From a virus: DNA of 64,000 bases. Under the pieces are notes generated by a model. It was not told where the DNA came from. It made no database searches and was given only the letters and a program-made list of their open reading frames with translations. The stretch lies in IMG/VR virus record IMGVR_UViG_3300044646_003076, one strand, 5' to 3'. Shown one piece after another: positions 48,336-57,228 of the stretch. The position numbers and the translations under genes are program-made. The first letter of the stretch is position 1; each line of letters begins with the position of its first letter.

Positions 48336-48568
48336 TTATGGATATTGTTATTGAACGAGATCTTAATGGTAATCCATTTGAGGTGATTTTTAAATCTGAT
48401 GTTGATGGAAGAACAGCGTTTACTATTAGGGTAATAAATGATCATACTTTAGACATTAGTGGTGGATTTACCACAAAAGATTCTGAAGGTGTATTATATT
48501 CAGAACGTCTACAGATTAAACCGAGAGCATCTAATGTGGTTCTTATTGAAAAACAGAGGTATGAATGA
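48332..48568 (+). CDS. Hypothetical protein
   Basis: Coupled ORF. Confidence 0.6.
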   Translation: MIMDIVIERDLNGNPFEVIFKSDVDGRTAFTIRVINDHTLDISGGFTTKDSEGVLYSERLQIKPRASNVVLIEKQRYE

Positions 48569-49141
48569 TGGAACAGGAAAATTCAATTACAGTATTAGAA
48601 AAAATCGCTCGTAAACATCTTAGTATTCCAACATTAGAAACAAGAAAGAAGGATTCTTTGGATTTTTATGATGTTTCAGTGTGGGGGTGTTAAAGCTGCA
48701 CTGATGGAAGCTTATAATATAGATAGAATCTCTGATTCTACAGATCTTAGGTGTTTATTTAAATATAGAGACGAACTCAATCAAAAAATCGCAGATTATT
48801 TCAACTGGGATGGTGTTGGGTTGGAATCTATTAGTGATTTTACTGATCTTTATTGGGTAGAATGCGACGATTGTATTTTTTGTGATGATAAAATAGAAGA
48901 TTTTGATAATCCTATTGTCATACCTCTATTATCCAAATGTTTTACTGAAAGAAATGAGTTTATCGCCGTTACGAGTTGTATTTTATATCAAGATCAAAAA
49001 CAAGATAATACTGTGGTAAATCATTTGATTGGATATCCTAGTTGTACTGAATATATAATTTTGGATAAAAATAAAAAAATTGATAAGGATGTCGCTGACC
49101 TTAGAAAAGAATTTAGCATGGTCTTGAAGTACGAAAAATAA
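48565..49141 (+). pseudogene. DUF6900-like protein split by a +1 frameshift in a G5 run (or a sequencing error)
   Basis: 48565-48693 reads LEKIARKHLSIPTLETRKKDSLDFYDVSVWG(C*). The other frame continues GVKAALMEAY. Removing one G at 48683-48687 joins them. Confidence 0.7.
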
Positions 49142-49145
49142 TAAC

Positions 49146-49646
49146 ATGACTTATTCCACAACACATACATCAACAAACTATTGGCAACCGATCCACACCG
49201 CACCAAAAACTGAGAATTATGATTCTATTCTATTAGGATTTGCCCAGGATGAAGAAGGATACGATCTACCATCAAGAGAAGGATTTTGGAATTGTAGACT
49301 TAATAGATGGGTCTCCGCACTGGATCCAGAAGATTCCAATTCAGCACAACCGACTCATTGGCAACCTTTACCTGAATCACCAAAACCTTCGTATAAAGTA
49401 CATCTAACATACTTCAAAGCCGGTGGTAAGTATTATTGTGAAGGTGAACTGATGGCGTCTTCTCAATTGATGCCATATCAGATTGGTGATGTTATACGAA
49501 AAAGACGCGCAAGTGGTGATCTACCTGGATTGATTAAAGGTCATAGTCTCAATCACTACACCATTCATGTTAATGTACCAGATCATCCATCTAACGTACC
49601 ATTCTTAATAATGGCAGAAATTCACTTACAAGGAGGAAAACAATGA
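49146..49646 (+). CDS. Hypothetical protein with a DUF551-like N-terminal part
   Basis: WQPIHTAPK...PTHWQPLPESP. Confidence 0.7.
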   Translation: MTYSTTHTSTNYWQPIHTAPKTENYDSILLGFAQDEEGYDLPSREGFWNCRLNRWVSALDPEDSNSAQPTHWQPLPESPKPSYKVHLTYFKAGGKYYCEGELMASSQLMPYQIGDVIRKRRASGDLPGLIKGHSLNHYTIHVNVPDHPSNVPFLIMAEIHLQGGKQ

Positions 49647-49918
49647 TCGGTTTTAGTTTTGATTTATATAATCCTTTTATTAGCCGATATAAATGCATTT
49701 ATGAGAAATCAGGCATTCTAGAAAATTCTTATAAAGAATATAGTATAATTATTGAAGAGCGATCTGTTATTATTAGTTTTAGTTTTGATTTAACTATCCG
49801 TCAACATCATGCCGGAGCAAACTTAAGTTTTGGTGTCTTGGGTTGGTACATTTCTTTTAACATTTCAGACACGCGCCATTGGAATTATACTAAAGGAGAA
49901 TGGGAAACATATGACTGA
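49643..49918 (+). CDS. Hypothetical protein
   Basis: RQHHAG...DTRHWNY...WETY phage-type motif. Confidence 0.62.
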   Translation: MIGFSFDLYNPFISRYKCIYEKSGILENSYKEYSIIIEERSVIISFSFDLTIRQHHAGANLSFGVLGWYISFNISDTRHWNYTKGEWETYD

Positions 49919-50222
49919 TGTTCAATGGACAAACACTGAATTTTGTGATCCACCACACCGAGTAACACATCCAGAAAAGTTTTTTGAATTATTAGAAATG
50001 TTTAAAAAAAATGGATGGGATACTAATCATCCTCCACTTCTAGGATATTGGTTGGAAGACAAAATACAATTGATTTCGGGTTCCCATCGTTGGGCGGCGG
50101 CCAAAGAAGCGGAGATAAAAATTCCAATTTTATTACATACATACGAGAAAATTTTTAATATTTGGGGAACCGAAGAATGGCTACACCTATTACAAAGTGT
50201 TTATAATATTAAGTATGAATAG
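49911..50222 (+). CDS. ParB/Srx-like domain protein
   Basis: GWDTNHPPLLG...QLISGSHRWAAAKEA..KIPI. ATG at 49911. Confidence 0.7.
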   Translation: MTDVQWTNTEFCDPPHRVTHPEKFFELLEMFKKNGWDTNHPPLLGYWLEDKIQLISGSHRWAAAKEAEIKIPILLHTYEKIFNIWGTEEWLHLLQSVYNIKYE

Positions 50223-50547
50223 TCACTCACAATGTCCAGGAGAAGCGTATGATAGCTTCTGGGAAGAAGAAAATAATCAACCAACACTTAATGTTGATAA
50301 GTTGGTAAAGGATCTTCATTGGAACGGTACTGAATTCGTTAAAACCGAAACAATTTACCGAATTAATTATTATCGTGGATTCATTCCCTCTAAACAATTT
50401 GAATCAGATATTTACCAATTATATCTTAAATATGCATCAACACAAGAATTAGAAAATGATATTGTTTTTTATAATACGATGCTTAAAATGTATAATGAGA
50501 TAAAAGAACTGAATTTGCGTTTGTACAAGACGGAAATAATCAGTTGA
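50215..50547 (+). CDS. Hypothetical protein
   Basis: Coupled ORF. Confidence 0.58.
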   Translation: MNSHSQCPGEAYDSFWEEENNQPTLNVDKLVKDLHWNGTEFVKTETIYRINYYRGFIPSKQFESDIYQLYLKYASTQELENDIVFYNTMLKMYNEIKELNLRLYKTEIIS

Positions 50548-50556
50548 ATCTCTCTA

Positions 50557-50613
50557 TGACACTTTAGAAACCGTCACATCTTTGTGAACACTCTTTCTAA
50601 CATGTGCTACTCT
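50557..50613 (+). promoter_or_regulatory. Box promoter (copy 4)
   Basis: TGACA-N10-CGTCACA, 29 nt, then TG-C-TACTCT. Confidence 0.65.
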
Positions 50614-50635
50614 AATAAAAATTGCAAAGAACCTA

Positions 50636-50836
50636 ATGTTTGAAATTCTTCTTGTTGTTTTATTGGCAATCACCCCAGGATTGTTTATTAATTATGGAAA
50701 GGATCTTGGAAGATCCGAAGCGAGAGATGAAACCATTATCAGATGTAATAAAGAACCCAAATGGTGCAAAGATCAATATACATTTTTAATGTTGAAAGAA
50801 AAGGTTGAAAGAGAAGAAGCAAAGAGAAACCCATGA
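50636..50836 (+). CDS. Small membrane-anchored hypothetical protein
   Basis: Hydrophobic N-terminus and C..EPKWC motif. Confidence 0.62.
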   Translation: MFEILLVVLLAITPGLFINYGKDLGRSEARDETIIRCNKEPKWCKDQYTFLMLKEKVEREEAKRNP

Positions 50837-51260
50837 GTAGATGTAATTATTGGGATTGTGGCTGGTGTTATGCACCCGATACTGTTGAAATTAATGCAGA
50901 AAAAGTTCTGCCTGTACTAATCCATCGGAGTGTCCTTATATGTTAAAACCCGAACCACCAAAACCCAGACTTATTGAAGAATCTTTTCTTCCAACAAAAA
51001 GAGATAACCTAAAAATGAATTGGAGAATTAAGAAATTCCATCACACCAATAACATTTATTATGTTATTCAAAAGAAAGGATTTTTAGGATTGTGGTATGA
51101 TCATAATTTTGGCTACTGTGACTATTATACTTCTTATCAACAAGCTAACGCTACTCTGTGTAGAGAATTAAATCGTGAGTGCAATAAAATAGAATATTTT
51201 GAACCCGATTTTGATCATCCTGAATTTGATAAATGTTTACCACCACCGAAAAATCCTTGA
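50833..51260 (+). pseudogene. Cys-rich hypothetical protein split by a -1 frameshift in an A5 run (or a sequencing error)
   Basis: MSRCNYWDCGWCYAPD...AEK (50833-50946). The other frame SACTNPSECPY runs in frame into the 50940-51260 ORF. Confidence 0.6.
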
Positions 51261-51263
51261 ATT

Positions 51264-51587
51264 ATGAACCCTGAACTAAAAAAATTGTGGCTAGAAGCTC
51301 TACGTTCTGGTAATTATGAACAGACTCGCTTTTATTTAAGATTTGGAGATGGATATTGTTGTCTTGGTGTTTTGTGTGATTTACATCCCGATGTAGATTG
51401 GATCAGAAATATTTCTGAGTGCGCATTTTATCCCTTTGGAGTGGAGGAGAGAGATTTGGGAAACCTTCCAGATAAAGCATCCTCTTGGTCTGGTTTAACA
51501 AATGACCAAAAAAATATTCTTATGAGTATGAATGACTGGGGTAAATCTTTTGAAGAAATTGCTGATTATATTGAGAAAAATTTATAA
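51264..51587 (+). CDS. Conserved phage hypothetical protein
   Basis: WLEALRSGNYEQ...CCLGVLCD...MNDWGKSFEEIADYIE. Confidence 0.7.
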   Translation: MNPELKKLWLEALRSGNYEQTRFYLRFGDGYCCLGVLCDLHPDVDWIRNISECAFYPFGVEERDLGNLPDKASSWSGLTNDQKNILMSMNDWGKSFEEIADYIEKNL

Positions 51588-51589
51588 TT

Positions 51590-52285
51590 ATGAATAAAAC
51601 AAAATATTTTAATTTGGGAAATTTACATCTTGTGATTACTAGTTCCCAACCATTTAACTGCCTTCATCTAGGAATTAATTTATCTGATGATTGTGAGCAC
51701 ACTATATCATTTTCCTTATCATTACCATATATCTTTAACTTCAATTTGTATTATAATAGTATAAATTTGGTGAGATCAAACTGGTGGAAGAACTTTTTGC
51801 GGGTTGAATATGGAAAAAGAGAAACCTCATTCTCAGTGTGGAAAGAAAAAGATGCTGTTGAAGGGGGATATAATTTATGTTTGTGTGTTTGGGATGCTGA
51901 TTTTGCCGGTTGCAATAATCGGCGAGGATTTAGTAAATTCTTAAACACTACAACTTTGATTTATGGACATTTTGACTGTAAAACTACAATTCTAAATGAA
52001 TCAACTAAGAGAGTTTTCATTCCCGGAATAAAAAATTACAATGGTGATTTTTATGATTTGATAATCAAAGAAGAGCTATATTCATATGTTTGGAGAAGAT
52101 TTAATAAAAGAATGAGTTTTACGAAATATAGTGTTGATTGTGAATCCGGCGTTCCTTATGGATTTAAATGGGGCCACCCCGATAGAACTTATGGTATTAC
52201 GTTCGGTAGTGGCACTTGTAATTCAGAACAAGAAGCGGTTGAAGCTTTTATTGAAGATATACGACAGTCTAGATTAAAAATCTAA
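51590..52285 (+). CDS. Hypothetical protein
   Basis: Long open frame, very AT-rich. Confidence 0.62.
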   Translation: MNKTKYFNLGNLHLVITSSQPFNCLHLGINLSDDCEHTISFSLSLPYIFNFNLYYNSINLVRSNWWKNFLRVEYGKRETSFSVWKEKDAVEGGYNLCLCVWDADFAGCNNRRGFSKFLNTTTLIYGHFDCKTTILNESTKRVFIPGIKNYNGDFYDLIIKEELYSYVWRRFNKRMSFTKYSVDCESGVPYGFKWGHPDRTYGITFGSGTCNSEQEAVEAFIEDIRQSRLKI

Positions 52286-52288
52286 ATA
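52282..52288 (+). promoter_or_regulatory. T4-like late promoter
   Basis: CTAAATA upstream of 52305. Confidence 0.65.
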
Positions 52289-52304
52289 ATCCAAAAGCAA
52301 ACTA

Positions 52305-52535
52305 ATGAAATCATTCAAACAATTTCTCTTTGAAGCTAAGAAAAAAAAGAAAGAAAAACTTTTTAAAGTGATTCGTAAAAGTGTTAAGAAACAAGGGGAT
52401 TCTCCTGTGGTGAGAATTGATATTGGTTCTAAGCCTAATTCAAAAGAAAGAAAAGCTGAAATTGAATATATGATGAAACATCATGGAGTTAGAGCCTTGA
52501 GACGACAGTTGGCCAATAATCAAACTGTCCACTGA
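52305..52535 (+). CDS. Small basic protein with a capsid-targeting-like N-terminus
   Basis: MKSFKQFLFEA followed by a K/R-rich body. Confidence 0.7.
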   Translation: MKSFKQFLFEAKKKKKEKLFKVIRKSVKKQGDSPVVRIDIGSKPNSKERKAEIEYMMKHHGVRALRRQLANNQTVH

Positions 52536-52588
52536 CGCCACCACCGGCCCATTTCTTCCACTACTATTGGTGAAAATTCAACTTCGTC

Positions 52589-53185
52589 ATGAGAGAGCAA
52601 ATCTACCTCGCATTGGATCTGGAGTACAATTGTGACGGTAAAAATCCAACTGAAGATATTATTCAAGTTGGTGTTGCAATCGGATCTCCATCTAACAACG
52701 TTTTCTTGCAAGAATCGTATCTTGTGAGACCCAAAGATAAAACTGTAACTCTTCATCCTTTTATCACAGAACTTACTGGAATTACTCAGGAGACATATGA
52801 TCAAGAAGCCGTCTCTTGGGAAGTGGTTGTTGAACGTATTGCTAAACTTCATACTCATTACCATCCATTTGTGAATCCCGTCACTTGGGGATTGACCGAT
52901 GCAAGTGATTTAATCAGCACTGTTAAGACAGAAGGAATTGAGTTTCCATTCTTCGGCCGCAGAATTATTGATGTCAAGCACTTCTTTCTTTTTATTGAGG
53001 CCGCGAAAGGTCGTTCAATGAGTGGTGGTCTTAGAAGTTCAATGAAAAAGCATCATCTTAAATTCAACGGAACTCCACATAGAGCTGATGTGGATGCCAA
53101 TAATACTCTCAGATTCTTCTTTCATCTACTCAAAAGACAATCATTATTAGAAGAAACCGTTAATAATATGAAAACCCTGTCTTGA
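52589..53185 (+). CDS. DEDDh 3'-5' exonuclease
   Basis: ALDLEY, IIQVGVA, TELTGIT, WG..D, HRADVDA. Confidence 0.88.
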   Translation: MREQIYLALDLEYNCDGKNPTEDIIQVGVAIGSPSNNVFLQESYLVRPKDKTVTLHPFITELTGITQETYDQEAVSWEVVVERIAKLHTHYHPFVNPVTWGLTDASDLISTVKTEGIEFPFFGRRIIDVKHFFLFIEAAKGRSMSGGLRSSMKKHHLKFNGTPHRADVDANNTLRFFFHLLKRQSLLEETVNNMKTLS

Positions 53186-53242
53186 TGGACACCTTTGAAA
53201 CTGTCCAATAACACATCCAATTCTACCGATCCGTGCTAATCT
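53186..53242 (+). promoter_or_regulatory. Box promoter (copy 5)
   Basis: Perfect TGGACA-N10-TGTCCA, about 28 nt, then TG-C-TAATCT. Confidence 0.7.
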
Positions 53243-53263
53243 AATTCTAGTTACCATTAAAAC

Positions 53264-54613
53264 ATGTCACTAAAAATTTCCGAAAAAGCAAATAAAAATT
53301 ATCTCGCAAAAATCATCCGGCTTGATAATCTTCGTAAGCATCCAAATGCCGATCGTCTTCAGATCACAACTGTAGATGGTAACAATGTTATTACCGGACT
53401 AAATGCCCGTGAAGGAATGATGTATGTGTACTTTCCTCTGGAGTGTGCCATCAATAAAGATTACTTGAAGTACAGTAATTCTTTTCAAGATAGTAATCTT
53501 AATAAAGATACCGAAGTGAAAGGTTATTTTCCTTCTACCGGAAGAGTGAGAGCAACACGTCTTCGTGGTCAAAAGTCGGAAGGTTATGTTGTTCCAGTAA
53601 GTGATATTACTGAATGGCTTAAAAATGATCTTAATCTTTCTTTTGAGATCACAGAAGATCATGTGAACACCGAGTTCAATATGATCTTTGATATTGAACT
53701 TTGTAAAAAGTATGTTGTTAAGTATGTGAGAGAGCAATCTACACAAAAGAATCAGAAGAAAAAGGCGAAAGTCAGCCGTCTTGTTGATGAACAATTCCAC
53801 TTCCATATTGATACACCTCAACTAAGAAAGTTTATTAGTGAGGTTCATCCTGAGGATTATATTTCTATTACCAGAAAACTACATGGAACTTCCGCAGTGT
53901 TCAGTAAAGTTCTATGTGTGAAGCCACTTAATAGGCTTGAAAAACTTCTGAAGTGGCTGGGTGTGAATATCGTAGATACTCATTATGATCTTGTCTATAG
54001 TAGCCGAAAAGTCGTGAAGAATGGTTATCTGGATCCTTCGGAAGCCAATTATAATCACTTCTACTCTAGTGATATTTGGGGCCAATGTGCTCGCAAGTAT
54101 GATGCCTTTATGAAGAATGGAATTTCACTTTATGGTGAGATTGTCGGTTATACTCCTGAAGGAGCCGAGATTCAGAAAGGTTATGATTACGGCTGTGATC
54201 CCAATACTTTTGATTTCTACGTCTATCGTGTAACAATTACTTCTGTTTCGGGTGATGTCTATGAGATGTCACCTAGAGAGATGAAGACCTATTGTGATCG
54301 TTATGGTATCAAAACGGTTCCTGAGATCTATTATGGAAAGGCTAAGGATTTTTATGATCTTTCTGTAAATGATCACTGGCATCAGAACTTTCTTGAGAAA
54401 CTCAGTGATGATTATCTTGAAAAAGACTGTGATCTTTGTCAAAATTCAGTACCCGATGAGGGAATCTGTCTTCGTGTAGATAAACCTCTTGATATTGAAA
54501 TCTACAAATTGAAGTCCTTTGCTTTTCTTGAGCGAGAAACTAAGATGTTAGATCGCGGTGAAGTTGACATGGAAACAGTAGAATCTGAAGAGGGTGCACC
54601 GAATGAAAGTTGA
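53264..54613 (+). CDS. RNA ligase (Rnl2/DRB0094-like) with N-terminal OB-like module
   Basis: HPNADRL, TRKLHGTS (motif I), YGEI, FYVY, EGICLR, YKLKS. Confidence 0.85.
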   Translation: MSLKISEKANKNYLAKIIRLDNLRKHPNADRLQITTVDGNNVITGLNAREGMMYVYFPLECAINKDYLKYSNSFQDSNLNKDTEVKGYFPSTGRVRATRLRGQKSEGYVVPVSDITEWLKNDLNLSFEITEDHVNTEFNMIFDIELCKKYVVKYVREQSTQKNQKKKAKVSRLVDEQFHFHIDTPQLRKFISEVHPEDYISITRKLHGTSAVFSKVLCVKPLNRLEKLLKWLGVNIVDTHYDLVYSSRKVVKNGYLDPSEANYNHFYSSDIWGQCARKYDAFMKNGISLYGEIVGYTPEGAEIQKGYDYGCDPNTFDFYVYRVTITSVSGDVYEMSPREMKTYCDRYGIKTVPEIYYGKAKDFYDLSVNDHWHQNFLEKLSDDYLEKDCDLCQNSVPDEGICLRVDKPLDIEIYKLKSFAFLERETKMLDRGEVDMETVESEEGAPNES

Positions 54614-54830
54614 ATTGTGCCCAAAATGTTCATCCCGTGTTTGGAGAGATTCAGTGGATGTTGGAGTTGGAGTGATTCATGGTCCTTATGGATGTCCTCA
54701 ATGTGGATGGTCTGAATCAAAAGAATATGATCTTAGCAATGGACCTTCACCGGCTCAATTAGAAAATCCACAGCATAAGGTAGATCAATGGGGAACTCTT
54801 TATCCTAATGCCAATAAAAAACTTTTCTGA
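54603..54830 (+). CDS. Small zinc-finger protein
   Basis: CPKC...CPQCGW. Confidence 0.68.
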   Translation: MKVELCPKCSSRVWRDSVDVGVGVIHGPYGCPQCGWSESKEYDLSNGPSPAQLENPQHKVDQWGTLYPNANKKLF

Positions 54831-54841
54831 AATTTAAACTA

Positions 54842-55078
54842 ATGAAACTCTATTGCGTAAAAATCACACGTTCAGCATATGTTTTAGCTGAAAATAAAAA
54901 AGAAGTCAACATACACATGTCTAATATTGAAAGATATGAAGAACCTGATACTGAAATTTATGAGACTCACTCTAATGACTTAGGATGGGATAAAGAATGT
55001 CTGGTCTATCATTCGAAATCATCAACAGATGATATTGACCTGAGCGAAGCACTACAACTTGTGAACGGGGGCAAATGA
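54842..55078 (+). CDS. Hypothetical protein
   Basis: MKLYCVKITRSAYVLAE...LGWD...LVY. Confidence 0.62.
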   Translation: MKLYCVKITRSAYVLAENKKEVNIHMSNIERYEEPDTEIYETHSNDLGWDKECLVYHSKSSTDDIDLSEALQLVNGGK

Positions 55079-55082
55079 AATC

Positions 55083-55310
55083 ATGAGTGATTATCTTTCT
55101 ATTCTATTAACATTTGTCAATTCTTTTGATCAATTAGTTAAGATTGCCGTAAGAGTACCCAACTCTAAATTAGATGAAGACTGTCTTCTCTATTATAACG
55201 AACCCGAAAACCGCGTCAAATATCTGGAGTTGATTCCAGAAGAACAAAGAACGGATCTACGTCTTGTTGAGATTCGTTTTTTGTCTGATATCGTTATCGT
55301 AAACTCTTAA
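55083..55310 (+). CDS. Hypothetical protein
   Basis: Co-oriented ORF. Confidence 0.58.
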   Translation: MSDYLSILLTFVNSFDQLVKIAVRVPNSKLDEDCLLYYNEPENRVKYLELIPEEQRTDLRLVEIRFLSDIVIVNS

Positions 55311-55319
55311 TTTTTCATC

Positions 55320-56738
55320 ATGAACAAAACTTCTTTCACCGAAACCGAATTTCAAGTTCTTGAAAATTCCATTCTTATTGATACGGATGGATATAAATTT
55401 TCTCATCCTTACATGTTGATTCCTGGCACTACAAATGAGAGTGCATACATCGCACCTCGCGGTGGAGATTGGGAACAGATTGTGCATTTTGGGCCACAGA
55501 TGTTCTTCAAAAAATATCTAACTCGTAAAATCACAAACGAGGAAGTGGATGTTGCTACTAAATTTGCATTCATGCAAGGTACCAGTTTCAACACTGAAGG
55601 TTATAAGTACATCGTAGATCAACATGGTGGCAAATTGCCAGTCAGAATCAAATCTCTACCAGAAGGAACCGTCGTTAATCCAAAAACAATCGTTGGTAAT
55701 ATTGAAGTTACGGATCCGAAGTGTGCCTGGCTAGTCAGTCCTTTGGAATCTCCTCTTCTTCGTGCATTTTGGTATCCTTCTACTGTTGCTACCCGATCGT
55801 TTAATGCAAAAAGAATTATTCAGCGTTATCTGATTAAAACTGGAGATCCAAATCTTCTGGATTATAAGGTATCTGATTTTGGTCTAAGAGGTGTAAGTAG
55901 TAAAGAATCTGCCGGTATTGGTGGTGCCGCACACCTCTCTTCTTTTAGAATCACCGATAATAATACTGGTGCTCTTTGGGCAATGATGTACTATAATGAA
56001 GATGTTACGAATACCACTATTGATGCAACTCAACACTCTATTTCTTGCCAATGGAAACAAGATAAAGAAGAAGATTATATTCGTCACATTATACGAGTTT
56101 GTGCCAACGAAGGTGGATTATTCGCCATGGTTGCCGACACTTATAACGTTTATGATTTTTGTCATAAAGTTGGTGTTCTAAAAGAAGAGATTGAGATGGC
56201 GGATGCGACACTCATCATTCGTCCCGATAGTGGATTTCCACCTGAAGTTGCACTTGGTTGTCTTAACATTTTGGAATCCTATTTTGGTTCTACTTCCAAT
56301 GGCAAGGGCTATAAGGTTCTCAATACCGTTCGGATGATTTATGGTGACAGTATTGACTGTTCCATGATTGATCGTGTTCTTTATAAGCTTACCAGTAATG
56401 GATTTTCTGCCGATAACATGACTTTCGGATGGGGCCATAAGCTGCTTCAAGAAGCCGCCCGCGACGACCACCAGTACGCTCAGAAGACTTCTGCAATGGA
56501 GCGAGATGGTCAATGGATCGGCCAACAGAAAAAGCCCATTACAGCGGCAGGAAAGGGTTCCCTAGAAGGACGATACTCTGTAGTTCAGAATGAAGACCGA
56601 ACTTTCTCCAATATCAGAAACGATGACGATCGCATTATTTCTGGAGATCTACTATTGCCTCATTTTGAGAACGGTGAACTTTTGATTGATTATGATCTTT
56701 CTGAAGTTCGTGAAACCATTAACTCCTATTTGTTTTGA
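55320..56738 (+). CDS. nadV: Nicotinamide phosphoribosyltransferase (Nampt)
   Basis: DTDGYKFSH, FGPQ, LLRAFWYPSTVAT, DFGLRG, AGIGGAAHL, ADTY, RPDSG, YGDS, LLQ..RD. Confidence 0.92.
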   Translation: MNKTSFTETEFQVLENSILIDTDGYKFSHPYMLIPGTTNESAYIAPRGGDWEQIVHFGPQMFFKKYLTRKITNEEVDVATKFAFMQGTSFNTEGYKYIVDQHGGKLPVRIKSLPEGTVVNPKTIVGNIEVTDPKCAWLVSPLESPLLRAFWYPSTVATRSFNAKRIIQRYLIKTGDPNLLDYKVSDFGLRGVSSKESAGIGGAAHLSSFRITDNNTGALWAMMYYNEDVTNTTIDATQHSISCQWKQDKEEDYIRHIIRVCANEGGLFAMVADTYNVYDFCHKVGVLKEEIEMADATLIIRPDSGFPPEVALGCLNILESYFGSTSNGKGYKVLNTVRMIYGDSIDCSMIDRVLYKLTSNGFSADNMTFGWGHKLLQEAARDDHQYAQKTSAMERDGQWIGQQKKPITAAGKGSLEGRYSVVQNEDRTFSNIRNDDDRIISGDLLLPHFENGELLIDYDLSEVRETINSYLF

Positions 56739-56959
56739 ATATTATTTTTATGGAAGAAGAACAACCGGTTAAAAATTGTAGAACGTGTGCTCATGTAGTC
56801 CGTGCTTCTAATCCAAGACATGATTGTTGTTTATTGTGTGGCCATTATTGTATAACTCAGCGGAAGTATCCCAGTTCGCCATGTGACGAAAACCTGAGTG
56901 GCTGGACTCCTCGCCCACCGTCGTTGCTTCAGCGTATTCTGGGGAGGTTGTTTCCTTGA
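56735..56959 (+). CDS. Small Cys-rich hypothetical protein
   Basis: CRTC...CLLCG.YC...C. Confidence 0.62.
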   Translation: MNIIFMEEEQPVKNCRTCAHVVRASNPRHDCCLLCGHYCITQRKYPSSPCDENLSGWTPRPPSLLQRILGRLFP

Positions 56960-57192
56960 ACCTTCCATTCAATCCTCCAATGGGCAAAGTCAATCGCCGA
57001 TTTGACGTTATGATGTCAACTGAGTTAGCACAAGATATGCAAAATCTTGTAGAAAAAACAGGTTTACTTCGGACTGAAATTTTTCGGGATGCTATGGCAC
57101 TCTATAAAAAAGCGAAAGAAATCCAAATGACCGGAGGTAATGTCATCATGCGCCAGGAAGACGGTACACTAAAAGAAATTATTGGATTCTGA
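56956..57192 (+). CDS. Ribbon-helix-helix (CopG-like) DNA-binding protein
   Basis: RRFDVMMSTELAQDMQNLVEKTGLLRTEIFRDAMALY...GGNVIMRQEDGTLKEI. Confidence 0.65.
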   Translation: MNLPFNPPMGKVNRRFDVMMSTELAQDMQNLVEKTGLLRTEIFRDAMALYKKAKEIQMTGGNVIMRQEDGTLKEIIGF

Positions 57193-57228
57193 TATCCATT
57201 TCTAACATCACCAATCCACTGAACTGTA

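Noticed and set aside
52520-52864. Minus-strand 114-aa ORF and similar antisense ORFs over core genes (e.g. 53399-53821, 56178-56525)
   Set aside because: They lie fully opposite strongly supported genes and have no motifs.
55060-55090. Possible further G5 frameshift fusing 54842-55078 to 55083-55310
   Set aside because: Removing a G would fuse them in frame, but both ORFs have natural-looking ends and starts and there is no split motif to support it.
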